NCBI GenBank assembly: GCA_017477435.1
Contig: JAFUVV010000016.1
Span: 15,421-79,420 of the forward strand
Reading direction: 5' to 3'
Length of the DNA: 64,000 nt
Source of the DNA: Prevotella sp.
GTDB lineage: Bacteria > Bacteroidota > Bacteroidia > Bacteroidales > Bacteroidaceae
Positions 1 to 9,704 of this stretch are shown here, in pieces (the stretch's first letter is position 1; every line of letters starts with the position of its first letter). The position numbers were made by a program, and so were the translations under genes. Below the pieces are notes generated by a model. The model made no database searches. It saw only the letters and a list, made by a program, of their open reading frames with translations, and was not told the origin of the DNA.

Positions 1-1417
1 GATAAATGCCAATGCCCCATTGCACATTGCAAGGCAGTTTGTCGAGATCATCGACTGGAAGATAAGCCTGTTGCACAGAAGAGGTGACACCCATGAGTGT
101 GAGATGACCGCCAGCACTACTACCCATGATGCCGATATTATCTGGATCGAGGCCATAATCAGCCGCTTTGCTTTTGACTATTCTGATGGCTCGTTGCAAG
201 TCTTGCCAAGCAGAGATGTGCTTCTTTAACCCTGTCTCAGGAGCTGGTCGAGGGGTACGGTAGCGCATTGTCACTACTGCCATACCGAGGCTGTTCAGGT
301 ATCTGCGAGCTGGAGCCACTTCGAAACCGTCAGGACTGTTTCCCATGTAGCTGCCACCAGAATAGATGATTTGAATGGCTTTCGTCTTGAGGTTGGCGGG
401 GATGTGCCATTCGATGTAGGGAGTGCCTTGATTCTCTTGCACATAAGGCATCTTGCCATCGGGCCAAATGTTCTCCTTGACATATTTGTCGCGGTCATTA
501 TCATTTGGGAAGCGTTTCATGAGATCTTCTTCTGGAGCAAGAGGACCGAGCAGACCAAGTTGCTGAAGGAACTCAACGCCGCGCTCCAAGCCAAAGGCTC
601 CGTGTCCTTTGCCAGGATAGAGATGTAGTTCGGCAGGTATGTTCCTTTTGCGAAGCTGACGGAATACCATCGTTGAAGCATTTGGAGAGTAAGGGTCGTT
701 GCCACCATGATGCAGACTCATAGGGCAAGTCTTCTCGTCGAAATGGAAGATAGTATCGAGTTTGACATCAGGGCCATAACCGAGTCGCACATTGGGAGTG
801 CCACCTTCACTGTCTGAGAGGGCATAGGCAGGGGCATTTACAATGGCGAAGTTCACGTGACAAGGCACCTCATCGAGCGCGTCTATTGGAGAGTAAGCAG
901 GCGTCATTGAACTTGTTGCCAGCAGTAGTGCCAGATGTGAACCTGCCGACATACTGATGGTGCCTATCTTCTCAGGGTCGAAGCCGCGCTTCTTTGCCTC
1001 ACTACGAACCATGCGAACAGCTCTCTGACCATCTTCCCAAGCAGTCTTGTAGATGGGCAGACCTTCGGGTCGAGGAGTGCGATAGACGAAGTTGACGCAT
1101 TGGAAACCGAGTTCAGTGAATCGGTTTGTCCAAAGAGTGATGAGGCTATTGTCGCAGGTGTTGTTGTAGCCGCCTCCAGAAATGAGAATCATACATCCGC
1201 CATTGGGTGTAGCCGGCTTCTCCATCCACTCAAGGAAAGGCATGCGAGCCTTGTCGGGGTTGAAGTCTTTCAGGCTTGTCTCGGCAGTCATTGCCGCAAC
1301 CTGTTGAGGCTGTGTGTCGGGCATCTTACCTTTAGGCCAAAGCGCAATGTGCTTGCCAGCCTGCACATTAAGAAATGTGGAAAATAAGAGAATTAGAAAA
1401 TAAGAAAACCTCTTCAT
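1..1417 (-). CDS. Secreted tandem alpha/beta-hydrolase (two BD-FAE/esterase-like domains); runs off the left edge, absent from the ORF track
   Basis: Manual translation from ATG at 1417: MKRFSYFLILLFSTFLNVQA signal; domain 1 ISGGGY...GTISMSAGSHLA...LYPGKGHG; domain 2 YSGGSY...IGIMGSSAGGHL; frame open to the window edge. Confidence 0.85.
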   Translation of the reverse strand, partial: MKRFSYFLILLFSTFLNVQAGKHIALWPKGKMPDTQPQQVAAMTAETSLKDFNPDKARMPFLEWMEKPATPNGGCMILISGGGYNNTCDNSLITLWTNRFTELGFQCVNFVYRTPRPEGLPIYKTAWEDGQRAVRMVRSEAKKRGFDPEKIGTISMSAGSHLALLLATSSMTPAYSPIDALDEVPCHVNFAIVNAPAYALSDSEGGTPNVRLGYGPDVKLDTIFHFDEKTCPMSLHHGGNDPYSPNASTMVFRQLRKRNIPAELHLYPGKGHGAFGLERGVEFLQQLGLLGPLAPEEDLMKRFPNDNDRDKYVKENIWPDGKMPYVQENQGTPYIEWHIPANLKTKAIQIIYSGGSYMGNSPDGFEVAPARRYLNSLGMAVVTMRYRTPRPAPETGLKKHISAWQDLQRAIRIVKSKAADYGLDPDNIGIMGSSAGGHLTLMGVTSSVQQAYLPVDDLDKLPCNVQWGIGIY

Positions 1418-1533
1418 GTTTTTATGTTTTGAAATTATTGATTCTGAAATTAGTTCATTCGTGCGATATTATTTCCGATGATTTCGAACTTGATATTATC
1501 CACCGCGTCAATATATTGTTTTTTCTGTTTTTA

Positions 1534-4431
1534 TCAGTGTGAGATTGCCGATTCTGGGATAGGTGCAAACTCCGCTGCCGACGGTGCTTTCCATGCCCAT
1601 TCAAGGTTCTGACCTTCGTAATCTTCGAGGTAAAGCAGACGGAACTGATGCATACCTTTCAGCAGTGCGATGTATCCGGTGGCGGTGTAGTTGGAGTGCG
1701 ATCCGTCACCATTGACTGCCAGTTTGCCGTCGAGCAGCAGGACGGCACCGTCGTCGCTTGTGACAGCAAACTCCCACAGGCCGTCCTCTGGTATGTCGAG
1801 ATATCCATCAAAGATAAATCCGAAATGATCCTCGTCGGTTGCTCCTGCGATAGATGGTGCAGGCAATACCCCACTCTTTACGATTGGCGAGCGTGCCACG
1901 TCGCGAGTCCATGTGAACATGCCACGATGATATGTAAAGCGACATCCTGGTTGGGTGTTTGTCACATTGACCGCCTGCTGATATATGATTGGGAAAGCGT
2001 GGATGCTCATCAACGGACTCGGTTCGCCATCCTTAACGAACGCCTTTGCTTTCACCTGACAGTCTTTGTCAATGGTGAAAGGAGCGGTGTAGAGTGTTGA
2101 TTCTTCAGTAGGTTCGCTGCCGTCGAGGGTATAATATATCTTTGCCTCGGGAGTGCGCGAATCGAGTTCAACATTGAATGTATTTTCGAAAAATCGCGGA
2201 TTTCCTTTCAGACGAGGTGTTGACGCCATCAGTCCTTGAGTGAGCGAATAAGGCACTTTTCTATCGTCTAAAGCCTTACTTGGTTTGCGTGATAAAACAA
2301 ATGAGAGTTCACCCCCTTGCATCAGTTTGTCGTAGGTAATATACTGTGCGTCAACGGTTTCGCCATTAAATGTAACCTCCTTTATATATGCATAGTTTGG
2401 TTTGTCGGCAGTTATTACAAGTGTCTTTCCGTTGGGCAGTGAGATGGTAGTCTTCTTGAAGAGCGGAGCAGCAAAGACAAACTCTCCCGTTCCGGGGCAT
2501 GCCGGATACAATCCGATGGCGGCAAGCACATACCATGCCGACATCTGACCGCAGTCTTCGTTACCACAGATTCCGGCACGGTCTGGGGTGTAGAGTTCTT
2601 TTAATACTTGTCTGACGCGGCGTTGAGTGCTTTCGGGATGGTTCATAAAAGAGTATAGCCATGCAAAGGTGTGACTTGGTTCGTTGCCATGTGCATACTG
2701 CCCGATGAACCCAGAGATGTTGCCGTCATTGGTTATCGTGGGATTAAGATAATCAAAAGAGAAAAGAGAATCGAGAGCAGTTATTGTGGCCTCTTTCCCA
2801 CCCATCAGTTGAGCGAATCCATTCATATCATGAGGGACGAAGAAGCGATACTGCCAAGCCGTTGCTTCGGTATAGTCGCGCGACGAACCTGTAGGATCGA
2901 AAGGCTCACGCCAGTTGCCTTCAGAATCCCTGCCGCGGAAGAAGCCTGTGGTTGGATCGAATATGTTCTTGTAGCGCTTGGCGCGGAGATCATATTCTGC
3001 GGCAATATCATCGTGCCCCAGCGACTCCGCCATACGTGCAATACACCAGTCGTCATAGGCAAATTCAAGTGTTTTCGATATCGACTGTGGACTCAAGTCG
3101 CAGGGTATGTATCCATAGGTGTTGTACCATTCAGAGGCAGGGTCTTGGTTCGATGACGACACCATTGCCTTAAGTGCATGCTCTCCGTCGAAATCACGTA
3201 TACCACGAAGCCATGCATCGGCAATGACAGCAACGCCGTGGTAGCCTATCATACAGTCGGTATCGGCACCGCCAAGTGGCCAAAGCGGCAGTTTCCCATC
3301 GCAGTCGTACATGTCTAACAAACTGAAAACGATGTCGTTGTCTATTTCTGGGTTGATGATTGTCTGCAGAGGATGCCAGCTGCGGAAGGTATCCCAGAGC
3401 GATAGCGTTGAGTAGTATCGACGACCTGATGGCACTGTCTTCACCTCCTGGCGATGATTACGGTAGCGGCCGTCGACATCGCTGAGGAGATGGGGCACGA
3501 TGAGCGAGTGATAGAGTGCGGTGTAGAAGAGTGAACGGTCGGTTTCGCTGCCACCTTCGATGCGTATTTTTCCAAGTTCTTCAGTCCATTTATTGCTGAC
3601 AGACTGGTGGATGCTGTCGAAGTTGCAAACGGGCACTTCGGCAGTGAGGTTGTTGCGTGCTCCCTTTTCATCTACTGGAGAGAGACCTACACACACCGTC
3701 AATTCTTTCATGTCGGAGGGGAATGTGAGGAGGTAGCGGTCGTGGCCGTCGTGGATACATTCGGTATATGGTGTTGAGAACTCGGCCGAGAAATACATCC
3801 ATCGGTCTTTGGCCCATCCAACGACGTGCCGCCCTCCTTCTATACAGGTGTTTGTTGGTGTGGAGAAACGAATTTGGTCGGCTTTTTTATCGCAGAGAAC
3901 ATATGCCATGTCGACGAGCAGGTGGCGCTCCCCTACCCCGCTGAATGTGTAGCGATGGCAACCAGTCCTTTGTGTAGCAGTGAGTTCGGCCTTGATACCC
4001 AGTGTAGGAATATCAACGCTATAGTAGCCGGGATAGGCTTCCTCGTCGGATTGTTTGAAAGGAAGAGGTGATACTTCGAAGCCGTTGTCACCTTTTGTCA
4101 CGTCTCCGACGACAGGTGTGAAGATGAAGTCGCCCATGTCGCCTTCTCCGGTACCGCTGAGATGTGTGTGTGAGAATCCGATGATGGTAGAGTCTTCTGC
4201 ATGATATCCCGACACACCGTCCCATCCTCCGCTTCTTGTGTCGGGACTTAGCTGCACCATACCGAACGGTGATGCTGCTCCGGGATAGGTGTGACCATGA
4301 AGTCCTGTGCCTACAAACGGGTCGGCAAGGCGTAGAGGGTCGTTTGTCGATGTGCATGAAAAGGCAAGCATCAGCCCAAACAGGACTAAAGCTTTCAGTG
4401 TTAGATGTTTGTTTTTCATTTTGATAAACAT
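1534..4431 (-). CDS. GH92 alpha-mannosidase lipoprotein with C-terminal chitobiase/FN3-like and PA14 domains
   Basis: GHTYPGA..PFGMVQLSPDT, SLWDTFR, YTEATAWQY, YAHGNEPSH, GNEDCGQMSAWY; IYYTLDGSEP; SDDGAVL (PA14); lipobox LAFSC. Confidence 0.93.
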   Translation of the reverse strand: MFIKMKNKHLTLKALVLFGLMLAFSCTSTNDPLRLADPFVGTGLHGHTYPGAASPFGMVQLSPDTRSGGWDGVSGYHAEDSTIIGFSHTHLSGTGEGDMGDFIFTPVVGDVTKGDNGFEVSPLPFKQSDEEAYPGYYSVDIPTLGIKAELTATQRTGCHRYTFSGVGERHLLVDMAYVLCDKKADQIRFSTPTNTCIEGGRHVVGWAKDRWMYFSAEFSTPYTECIHDGHDRYLLTFPSDMKELTVCVGLSPVDEKGARNNLTAEVPVCNFDSIHQSVSNKWTEELGKIRIEGGSETDRSLFYTALYHSLIVPHLLSDVDGRYRNHRQEVKTVPSGRRYYSTLSLWDTFRSWHPLQTIINPEIDNDIVFSLLDMYDCDGKLPLWPLGGADTDCMIGYHGVAVIADAWLRGIRDFDGEHALKAMVSSSNQDPASEWYNTYGYIPCDLSPQSISKTLEFAYDDWCIARMAESLGHDDIAAEYDLRAKRYKNIFDPTTGFFRGRDSEGNWREPFDPTGSSRDYTEATAWQYRFFVPHDMNGFAQLMGGKEATITALDSLFSFDYLNPTITNDGNISGFIGQYAHGNEPSHTFAWLYSFMNHPESTQRRVRQVLKELYTPDRAGICGNEDCGQMSAWYVLAAIGLYPACPGTGEFVFAAPLFKKTTISLPNGKTLVITADKPNYAYIKEVTFNGETVDAQYITYDKLMQGGELSFVLSRKPSKALDDRKVPYSLTQGLMASTPRLKGNPRFFENTFNVELDSRTPEAKIYYTLDGSEPTEESTLYTAPFTIDKDCQVKAKAFVKDGEPSPLMSIHAFPIIYQQAVNVTNTQPGCRFTYHRGMFTWTRDVARSPIVKSGVLPAPSIAGATDEDHFGFIFDGYLDIPEDGLWEFAVTSDDGAVLLLDGKLAVNGDGSHSNYTATGYIALLKGMHQFRLLYLEDYEGQNLEWAWKAPSAAEFAPIPESAISH

Positions 4432-4468
4432 AGGTTTAAGTAAAGGGTAGGAAAATATTAATATGAAT

Positions 4469-5380
4469 TTAAAAAATGCGTGTTGGAAACTTGTCTAACG
4501 CGATGTACTCAAACGAATAACTATCGGGAAAGACTTTTATAAGGTTCATCCCGTGGAATCCTCCAAGAGGAAGGCCGACAGCGCCGCATGTGACGACATC
4601 GATATCTTCGGATTTTGATACAAACTGATTATGTTTGTGTCCACAGAAGACAGCGTTCACACCATATCTGCGGAATGTTTCCATATATTTTGTGCGCATC
4701 GGTTCGCGAATAGTGAAATAATCTTCTTTTTCTCTGTATTCGTTAATGAAAAACGGGATATGAGCAAAGATGAACTTAAAACGACATTTTCTCGCCGCCT
4801 CAAGCTGTTCTATAAGCCAGTCGTATTGTACCCGCTCATGTTCATTACTACCCCGTTCCGGCCAGAAATACATACTATTGAGACCGATAAAGGCACAATT
4901 CTCATGATGGAAGCAAAAGCTCGACTGGCCGAGATGTTGATGGTAGTAATCAATATCTTCTTTTTCAAGCGATTGAATATCATGGTTTCCAGGAACATGA
5001 TATACTTTTATGTTTTTATTTATCTTTGAGATATATTCTTTGTAAAGAAACATTTCCGGGTCGTATCGCTTGTGATGCCAGAAGTCGCCTGTGCCAATGA
5101 CAAAAGGAGGTGCAAGACGGTTTATTATTTCCACCGAGCGACCCATAAGCGTTTCCTCAGCTTTAGTGTCGAAGAGTTTATTGTCTTTCATTGCTGCGGT
5201 GAAACCAAACTGTGGGTCGCTGAATTGAATGAAAAAGAAAGGTTTACGGTTTGTTTTCCGCTTATCATTTATTGATTCTGTGCTGTGGGAAATAACATTT
5301 GCAACCATCTCTGGCGCAACCATTATACCAGCCATGCCAAGCAAGCCACTTTTAATAAACAGCCTTCTGTTTTTGTCCAT
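4469..5380 (-). CDS. Tat-exported calcineurin-like metallophosphoesterase (CPPED1-like)
   Basis: Start MDKNRRLFIK (twin-Arg) at 5380; motifs SDPQFG, TGD, PGNHD, AHIP, GHKH. Confidence 0.88.
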   Translation of the reverse strand: MDKNRRLFIKSGLLGMAGIMVAPEMVANVISHSTESINDKRKTNRKPFFFIQFSDPQFGFTAAMKDNKLFDTKAEETLMGRSVEIINRLAPPFVIGTGDFWHHKRYDPEMFLYKEYISKINKNIKVYHVPGNHDIQSLEKEDIDYYHQHLGQSSFCFHHENCAFIGLNSMYFWPERGSNEHERVQYDWLIEQLEAARKCRFKFIFAHIPFFINEYREKEDYFTIREPMRTKYMETFRRYGVNAVFCGHKHNQFVSKSEDIDVVTCGAVGLPLGGFHGMNLIKVFPDSYSFEYIALDKFPTRIF

Positions 5381-5438
5381 AGAAAAATATGATTTTTTGT
5401 CTAAAAGCCTCTGTTTTACATCACCAAAGAAAGCTGCC

Positions 5439-8201
5439 TTAATGGGCTTCCAGCCAGTTGCTCCCCCACCCTGCATCGGCTATGAGTGGCACTCGGAGCT
5501 GGTAGGCGTTTTCCATCTCTTCGATGACAATGCGTTCCACCTTTTCTTTTTCTTCGGGAAGGACGCTGAAATTAAGTTCGTCGTGCACTTGGAGAATCAT
5601 CTTCGAACGTATGCCTTCGGCCTTGAATCGGTTGTAAATTCTTACCATTGCTACTTTTATGATATCGGCTGCCGACCCTTGGATAGGCGCATTGATGGCG
5701 TTTCGCTCTGCAAATCCACGCACGGTGTTGTTTCCTGAGTTGATGTCAGGCAGGTATCGGCGGCGATGGAACAGCGTCTCGGCATAGCCTTTTTCGCGCA
5801 CCTTCTGCTTGCTTGCCTCCATGTATTCCTGCACCTGTGGGAATGTCTCGAAGAATCCGTCGATGAGTTGTTTTGCTTCTGCCCGGCTGATGTCGAGTCG
5901 CTCGGCAAGCCCGAAGACGGTGATGCCATATATGATTCCGAAGTTGGCGCGCTTTGATTTCGTTCGCTCGTCGCGCGACACTTCGTCTATACCTTTTTTA
6001 TATATAGTGGCGGCGGTGGCTGCATGCAGGTCTTTGCCGTCCTGGAAGACTTTTATCATGTGTTCGTCGCCAGAGAGATGGGCCATCACTCGGAGCTCTA
6101 TCTGGCTGTAGTCGGCGGAGAAGAACAGGCTGCCTTCCTCCGGAATGAAACATTTGCGTATCTCTTTTCCGTCTTCGCCACGCACAGGGATGTTTTGCAG
6201 GTTGGGGTCGCTCGAAGAGAGACGGCCAGTGGCTGTAATGGTCTGATTGAAAGAGGTATGGATATGTCCTGTGCGGGGATTGATGAGTTTTGGGAGTGCG
6301 TCTACATAAGTACCGAGAAGTTTCTTCAGACCACGATAGAGGAGGATTTTTTCTACGATCTCATGTTTACTTTTTAGTTGCAAGAGCACCTCTTCCGAAG
6401 TGACATATTGTCCGGTTTTTGTCTTCTTCGGTTTTTCTACAATTTTCATTTTGTCGAAGAGAATCTCTCCTACTTGCTTCGGTGATGATATGTTGAATGT
6501 CTCTCCGGCAAGTTCATAGATGCGTTTTTCTATCTCGTTTATCCTCGAGGTGAAGATGTCCGATGTCTCCTCGAGGGCTTTGGTGTCGATTCTTACGCCG
6601 TTCATTTCCATTTCGGCGAGCACCCTGACGAGTGGCATCTCTATTTCGTAGAACAGTCTGTCGAGCTCTCTTTCATGGAGTTTCGGCTCGAGTACGTTCT
6701 TCAGACGAAGTGTAATATCGGCATCTTCGGCAGCATATTCGTAAACATCCGACGGGGCGAGGTCTCTCATCGAACGCTGTCCCTTTCCCTTCGGGCCAAT
6801 GAGTTCGTCGATGTGGATGGTCTTATATCCGAGCAGCGACTCGGCCATGTCGTCCATGTTGTGGCGTAGTTCTGGCTGGAGGAGGTAGTGGGCGATCATG
6901 GTGTCCCACAGTTCGCCGGCGAGTTCGACCCCATAGTTGCGGAGAACCTCAAGGTCGTATTTTATGTTCTGACCAACTTTCAATATTTCCGGATTTTCAT
7001 AGAGTGGTTTGAAGATATTCACAAACCTGATGGCATCGTCTCTGTTTTCGGGTATCGCCACATAATAGGCTTCCTTTTCCTTCACGGCGAAGCTTAGTCC
7101 CACCAATTCTGCCTCAATAGGGTCGGTTGATGTGGTTTCGGTGTCTAAACTTAAAATTTTAAAAGTAAACAGTTTGTTACATAGCTCTCGCGCATCTTCT
7201 TCTTTTTCAATGAGATGATAGTCGATGCTTGTCGTGCGAACCGTCTCAAAACTCGAATATTTCTGACCGAGCTGGTCGTCGGGTGTAAATTCGGCGAATA
7301 AATCGAGGGGTTGATTCGGTTGTGGTTTGGGTTTGTTTTGAATATTTAACACTTTCCGGGCAAGAGAATGAAACTCCAGTTCCTCGAAAAGTTTTGTGAG
7401 CTGTTGCTCGTCGGGGGCGGTGAGTTTGAGTTTTTCGAGGTCGAGCTCCATAGGGACGTCCTTACGGATGGTGGCAAGAAACTTCGACATCTTTATATCG
7501 TCGACAGCGGCTTCTATCTTTTCGCGAAGTTTTCCTTTCACTTCGTCGGTATGACTGAGAAGGTTGTCTATATTCCCGAATTGCTTTATCAGTTTGCTCG
7601 CCGTCTTTTCTCCTACGCCGGGGCAGCCAGGGAAGTTATCCGACGAGTCGCCCATGAGTGCGAGCAGGTCGATGACCTGGAGTGGGGTAGTGATGTCGTA
7701 TTTCTGACATACTTCCTCCACGCCCATCTTCTCATAGCCACCGCCGTGACGTGGACGGAATATGTAGACATTGTCGGTCACGAGCTGGCCGTAGTCCTTG
7801 TCGGGGGTCAGCATGTAGGTGTCGTTGCCCTCGGCACCGGCCTTCGTGGCGAGCGTTCCAATCACGTCGTCGGCTTCGAACCCGTCGCATTGAAGCACGG
7901 GGATGTTCCACGCCTGAAGTATCTCTTTGATGATCGGCACCGCCTTGCGGATGTCTTCGGGGGTCTCTTCGCGCTGGGCCTTATACTCGGGAAACGCCTC
8001 GTGGCGAAAGGTGAGACCATGATCGAAGGCAACGCCCAGGTGAGTGGGCTCTTCCTTGCTGATGATCTCGTGGAGAGTGTTCACAAAACCGAGAATGGCC
8101 GACGTGTTAAGCCCTTTGGAGTTTATGCGGGGGTTGTTGATGAAGGCATAATAGGAGCGATAGATTATCGCATACGCATCAAAAAAGAAGATTTTATTCA
8201 T
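5439..8201 (-). CDS. polA: DNA polymerase I
   Basis: 5'-3' exonuclease (EADDVIGTLA, LMGDSSDN), 3'-5' exonuclease (LDTETT), polymerase motifs ADYSQIELR, NFGIIYG, QVHDEL. Confidence 0.99.
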   Translation of the reverse strand: MNKIFFFDAYAIIYRSYYAFINNPRINSKGLNTSAILGFVNTLHEIISKEEPTHLGVAFDHGLTFRHEAFPEYKAQREETPEDIRKAVPIIKEILQAWNIPVLQCDGFEADDVIGTLATKAGAEGNDTYMLTPDKDYGQLVTDNVYIFRPRHGGGYEKMGVEEVCQKYDITTPLQVIDLLALMGDSSDNFPGCPGVGEKTASKLIKQFGNIDNLLSHTDEVKGKLREKIEAAVDDIKMSKFLATIRKDVPMELDLEKLKLTAPDEQQLTKLFEELEFHSLARKVLNIQNKPKPQPNQPLDLFAEFTPDDQLGQKYSSFETVRTTSIDYHLIEKEEDARELCNKLFTFKILSLDTETTSTDPIEAELVGLSFAVKEKEAYYVAIPENRDDAIRFVNIFKPLYENPEILKVGQNIKYDLEVLRNYGVELAGELWDTMIAHYLLQPELRHNMDDMAESLLGYKTIHIDELIGPKGKGQRSMRDLAPSDVYEYAAEDADITLRLKNVLEPKLHERELDRLFYEIEMPLVRVLAEMEMNGVRIDTKALEETSDIFTSRINEIEKRIYELAGETFNISSPKQVGEILFDKMKIVEKPKKTKTGQYVTSEEVLLQLKSKHEIVEKILLYRGLKKLLGTYVDALPKLINPRTGHIHTSFNQTITATGRLSSSDPNLQNIPVRGEDGKEIRKCFIPEEGSLFFSADYSQIELRVMAHLSGDEHMIKVFQDGKDLHAATAATIYKKGIDEVSRDERTKSKRANFGIIYGITVFGLAERLDISRAEAKQLIDGFFETFPQVQEYMEASKQKVREKGYAETLFHRRRYLPDINSGNNTVRGFAERNAINAPIQGSAADIIKVAMVRIYNRFKAEGIRSKMILQVHDELNFSVLPEEKEKVERIVIEEMENAYQLRVPLIADAGWGSNWLEAH

Positions 8202-8288
8202 AATAATTTTTTATTTGGTGTAAAATTACAAAATTTTTGGAAGTAATCCCGATAAAATGACTAATTTTGTAACAAAAATAAGGTTAGG

Positions 8289-9266
8289 ATGGATTATCTC
8301 TCACTCATAAAAGCCCCAATTCAGACAGAATTGTCCGATTTCATCGAGCTTTTTAATGTTTCTCTCTCTACTGGCGACGGTCTTCTCGCTCAGGCTCTCG
8401 AGCACATTAAATCGAGGTCGGGGAAACGCATGCGTCCTATTCTTATTCTTCTCATTGCAAAAAATTTCGGTCGGGTCAATGATGCTACGCTCAATGCTGC
8501 CGTGGGATTGGAACTTCTTCACACTGCATCGCTCGTTCACGACGATGTTGTCGACGAGAGCAACGAGCGTCGCGGACAGGCATCGGTTAATGCTACCTAC
8601 GACAATAAGGTTGCTGTACTCGTAGGCGACTATATTCTCTCGACTGCACTGCTTCGGGTTGCATTCACTCACTCCGAAACCATCGTGCAGCATCTCGCAG
8701 AACTGGGACGCACACTGAGTAACGGAGAAATACTTCAACTCTCTAATATTCAGCGAAATACAATCTCCGAGCAAACCTATTATGAGGTGATAAACCAGAA
8801 AACTGCAGCTCTCTTCGAGGCCTGTGCAGGCATAGGAGCGTTGTCGGTGAATGCTGATGAGGAAAGGGTAGGGGCTGCAAAGAAATTCGGCCATAACCTG
8901 GGGATGATATTCCAGATAAGAGATGACATATTCGATTATTTCACCGACGATGCCATCGGAAAACCGACAGGCAACGACATGCGCGAGGGAAAGCTTACAC
9001 TTCCTGCTATCTATGCACTTTCTTCTACTGGCGACATGACCATGCTAGAGATTGCTCTGAAGGTGAAAAACAATACTGCTTCTCCCGATGAAATCGGCAA
9101 TTTAGTGGAGTTTACCAAAGCAAATGGTGGAATAGAATATGCAGAGAAGAAGATGCTCGAGCTGCGCGATGAGGCTCTTGCATTCGTTGAGAATTATTCA
9201 AAAGACGATTCCATACGCAAAGCTCTCGTTTCATACATCGATTTTGTCATACAGAGAAACGTCTGA
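8289..9266 (+). CDS. ispB: Polyprenyl (octaprenyl) diphosphate synthase
   Basis: GKRMRP, LVHDDVVDESNERRG, FQIRDDIFD; divergent from polA as in Bacteroidales. Confidence 0.93.
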   Translation: MDYLSLIKAPIQTELSDFIELFNVSLSTGDGLLAQALEHIKSRSGKRMRPILILLIAKNFGRVNDATLNAAVGLELLHTASLVHDDVVDESNERRGQASVNATYDNKVAVLVGDYILSTALLRVAFTHSETIVQHLAELGRTLSNGEILQLSNIQRNTISEQTYYEVINQKTAALFEACAGIGALSVNADEERVGAAKKFGHNLGMIFQIRDDIFDYFTDDAIGKPTGNDMREGKLTLPAIYALSSTGDMTMLEIALKVKNNTASPDEIGNLVEFTKANGGIEYAEKKMLELRDEALAFVENYSKDDSIRKALVSYIDFVIQRNV

Positions 9267-9290
9267 AATCCCTTTTTTCTTCCATTTCAT

Positions 9291-9427
9291 CGGCAGTATC
9301 AAGCTTTGATACTGCCAGTATCTGGGCTTGATACTGCTGGTATCTGGCTTTGATACTGTCGCTATCTGGGCTTGATACTGAATCTATATGCGTTAGATAG
9401 TTTTACTATCTGTGCTTGATAGTAGCA
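9291..9427. repeat. Array of six 22-bp palindromic units, TATC variant (consensus CAGTATC-N7-GATACTG)
   Basis: Units begin at 9296, 9318, 9340, 9362, 9384, 9406, e.g. GTATCTGGGCTTGATACTGCTG. Confidence 0.92.
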
Positions 9428-9549
9428 ACACCTTTATCCGTTGTTTACGTTGGTTGAACGTGGTGGATATGCAGAAAGGAGGTTTAGATGGAACTGAAAT
9501 TCTGGCTTTTGGGTGGTATTGCCCCCTATGAGTTGAGACAATAAAAGAA

Positions 9550-9664
9550 AAAGCCTGAAGAAAACATCTTTTGCTTTCATGGCTATTTGTCAGATTAGCA
9601 ATGCGTTATGACATTTGTATTGCTCTCTGCAAATATTTTAAGCTGGTTGTTTTCTTCAGGCTTT
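9550..9664 (-). terminator. Long imperfect hairpin downstream of deoC (terminator or structured RNA)
   Basis: Perfect 17-bp IR AAAGCCTGAAGAAAACA / TGTTTTCTTCAGGCTTT with inner pairings; U-rich tail on the minus strand. Confidence 0.6.
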
Positions 9665-9704
9665 CGTCTGCAGATGATAGTATCTGCAGGGTAGGGGATT
9701 TGTG

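Noticed and set aside
850-865. parS-like AGTTCACGTGACAA
   Set aside because: Several mismatches to the consensus and located inside a coding region
20-1387. Short track ORFs in 20-1387
   Set aside because: All lie within the edge-truncated minus-strand esterase gene
7368-8246. Long antisense ORFs (also 18252-19727, 21140-22579, 28525-29475, 30251-31339, 43303-44304, 47757-48827, 58506-59591)
   Set aside because: Shadows of well-supported genes on the opposite strand, caused by codon bias; no recognisable motifs
9291-9427. CRISPR interpretation of the 22-bp arrays
   Set aside because: Spacers are only 7 bp and resemble one another; no leader or cas genes are present
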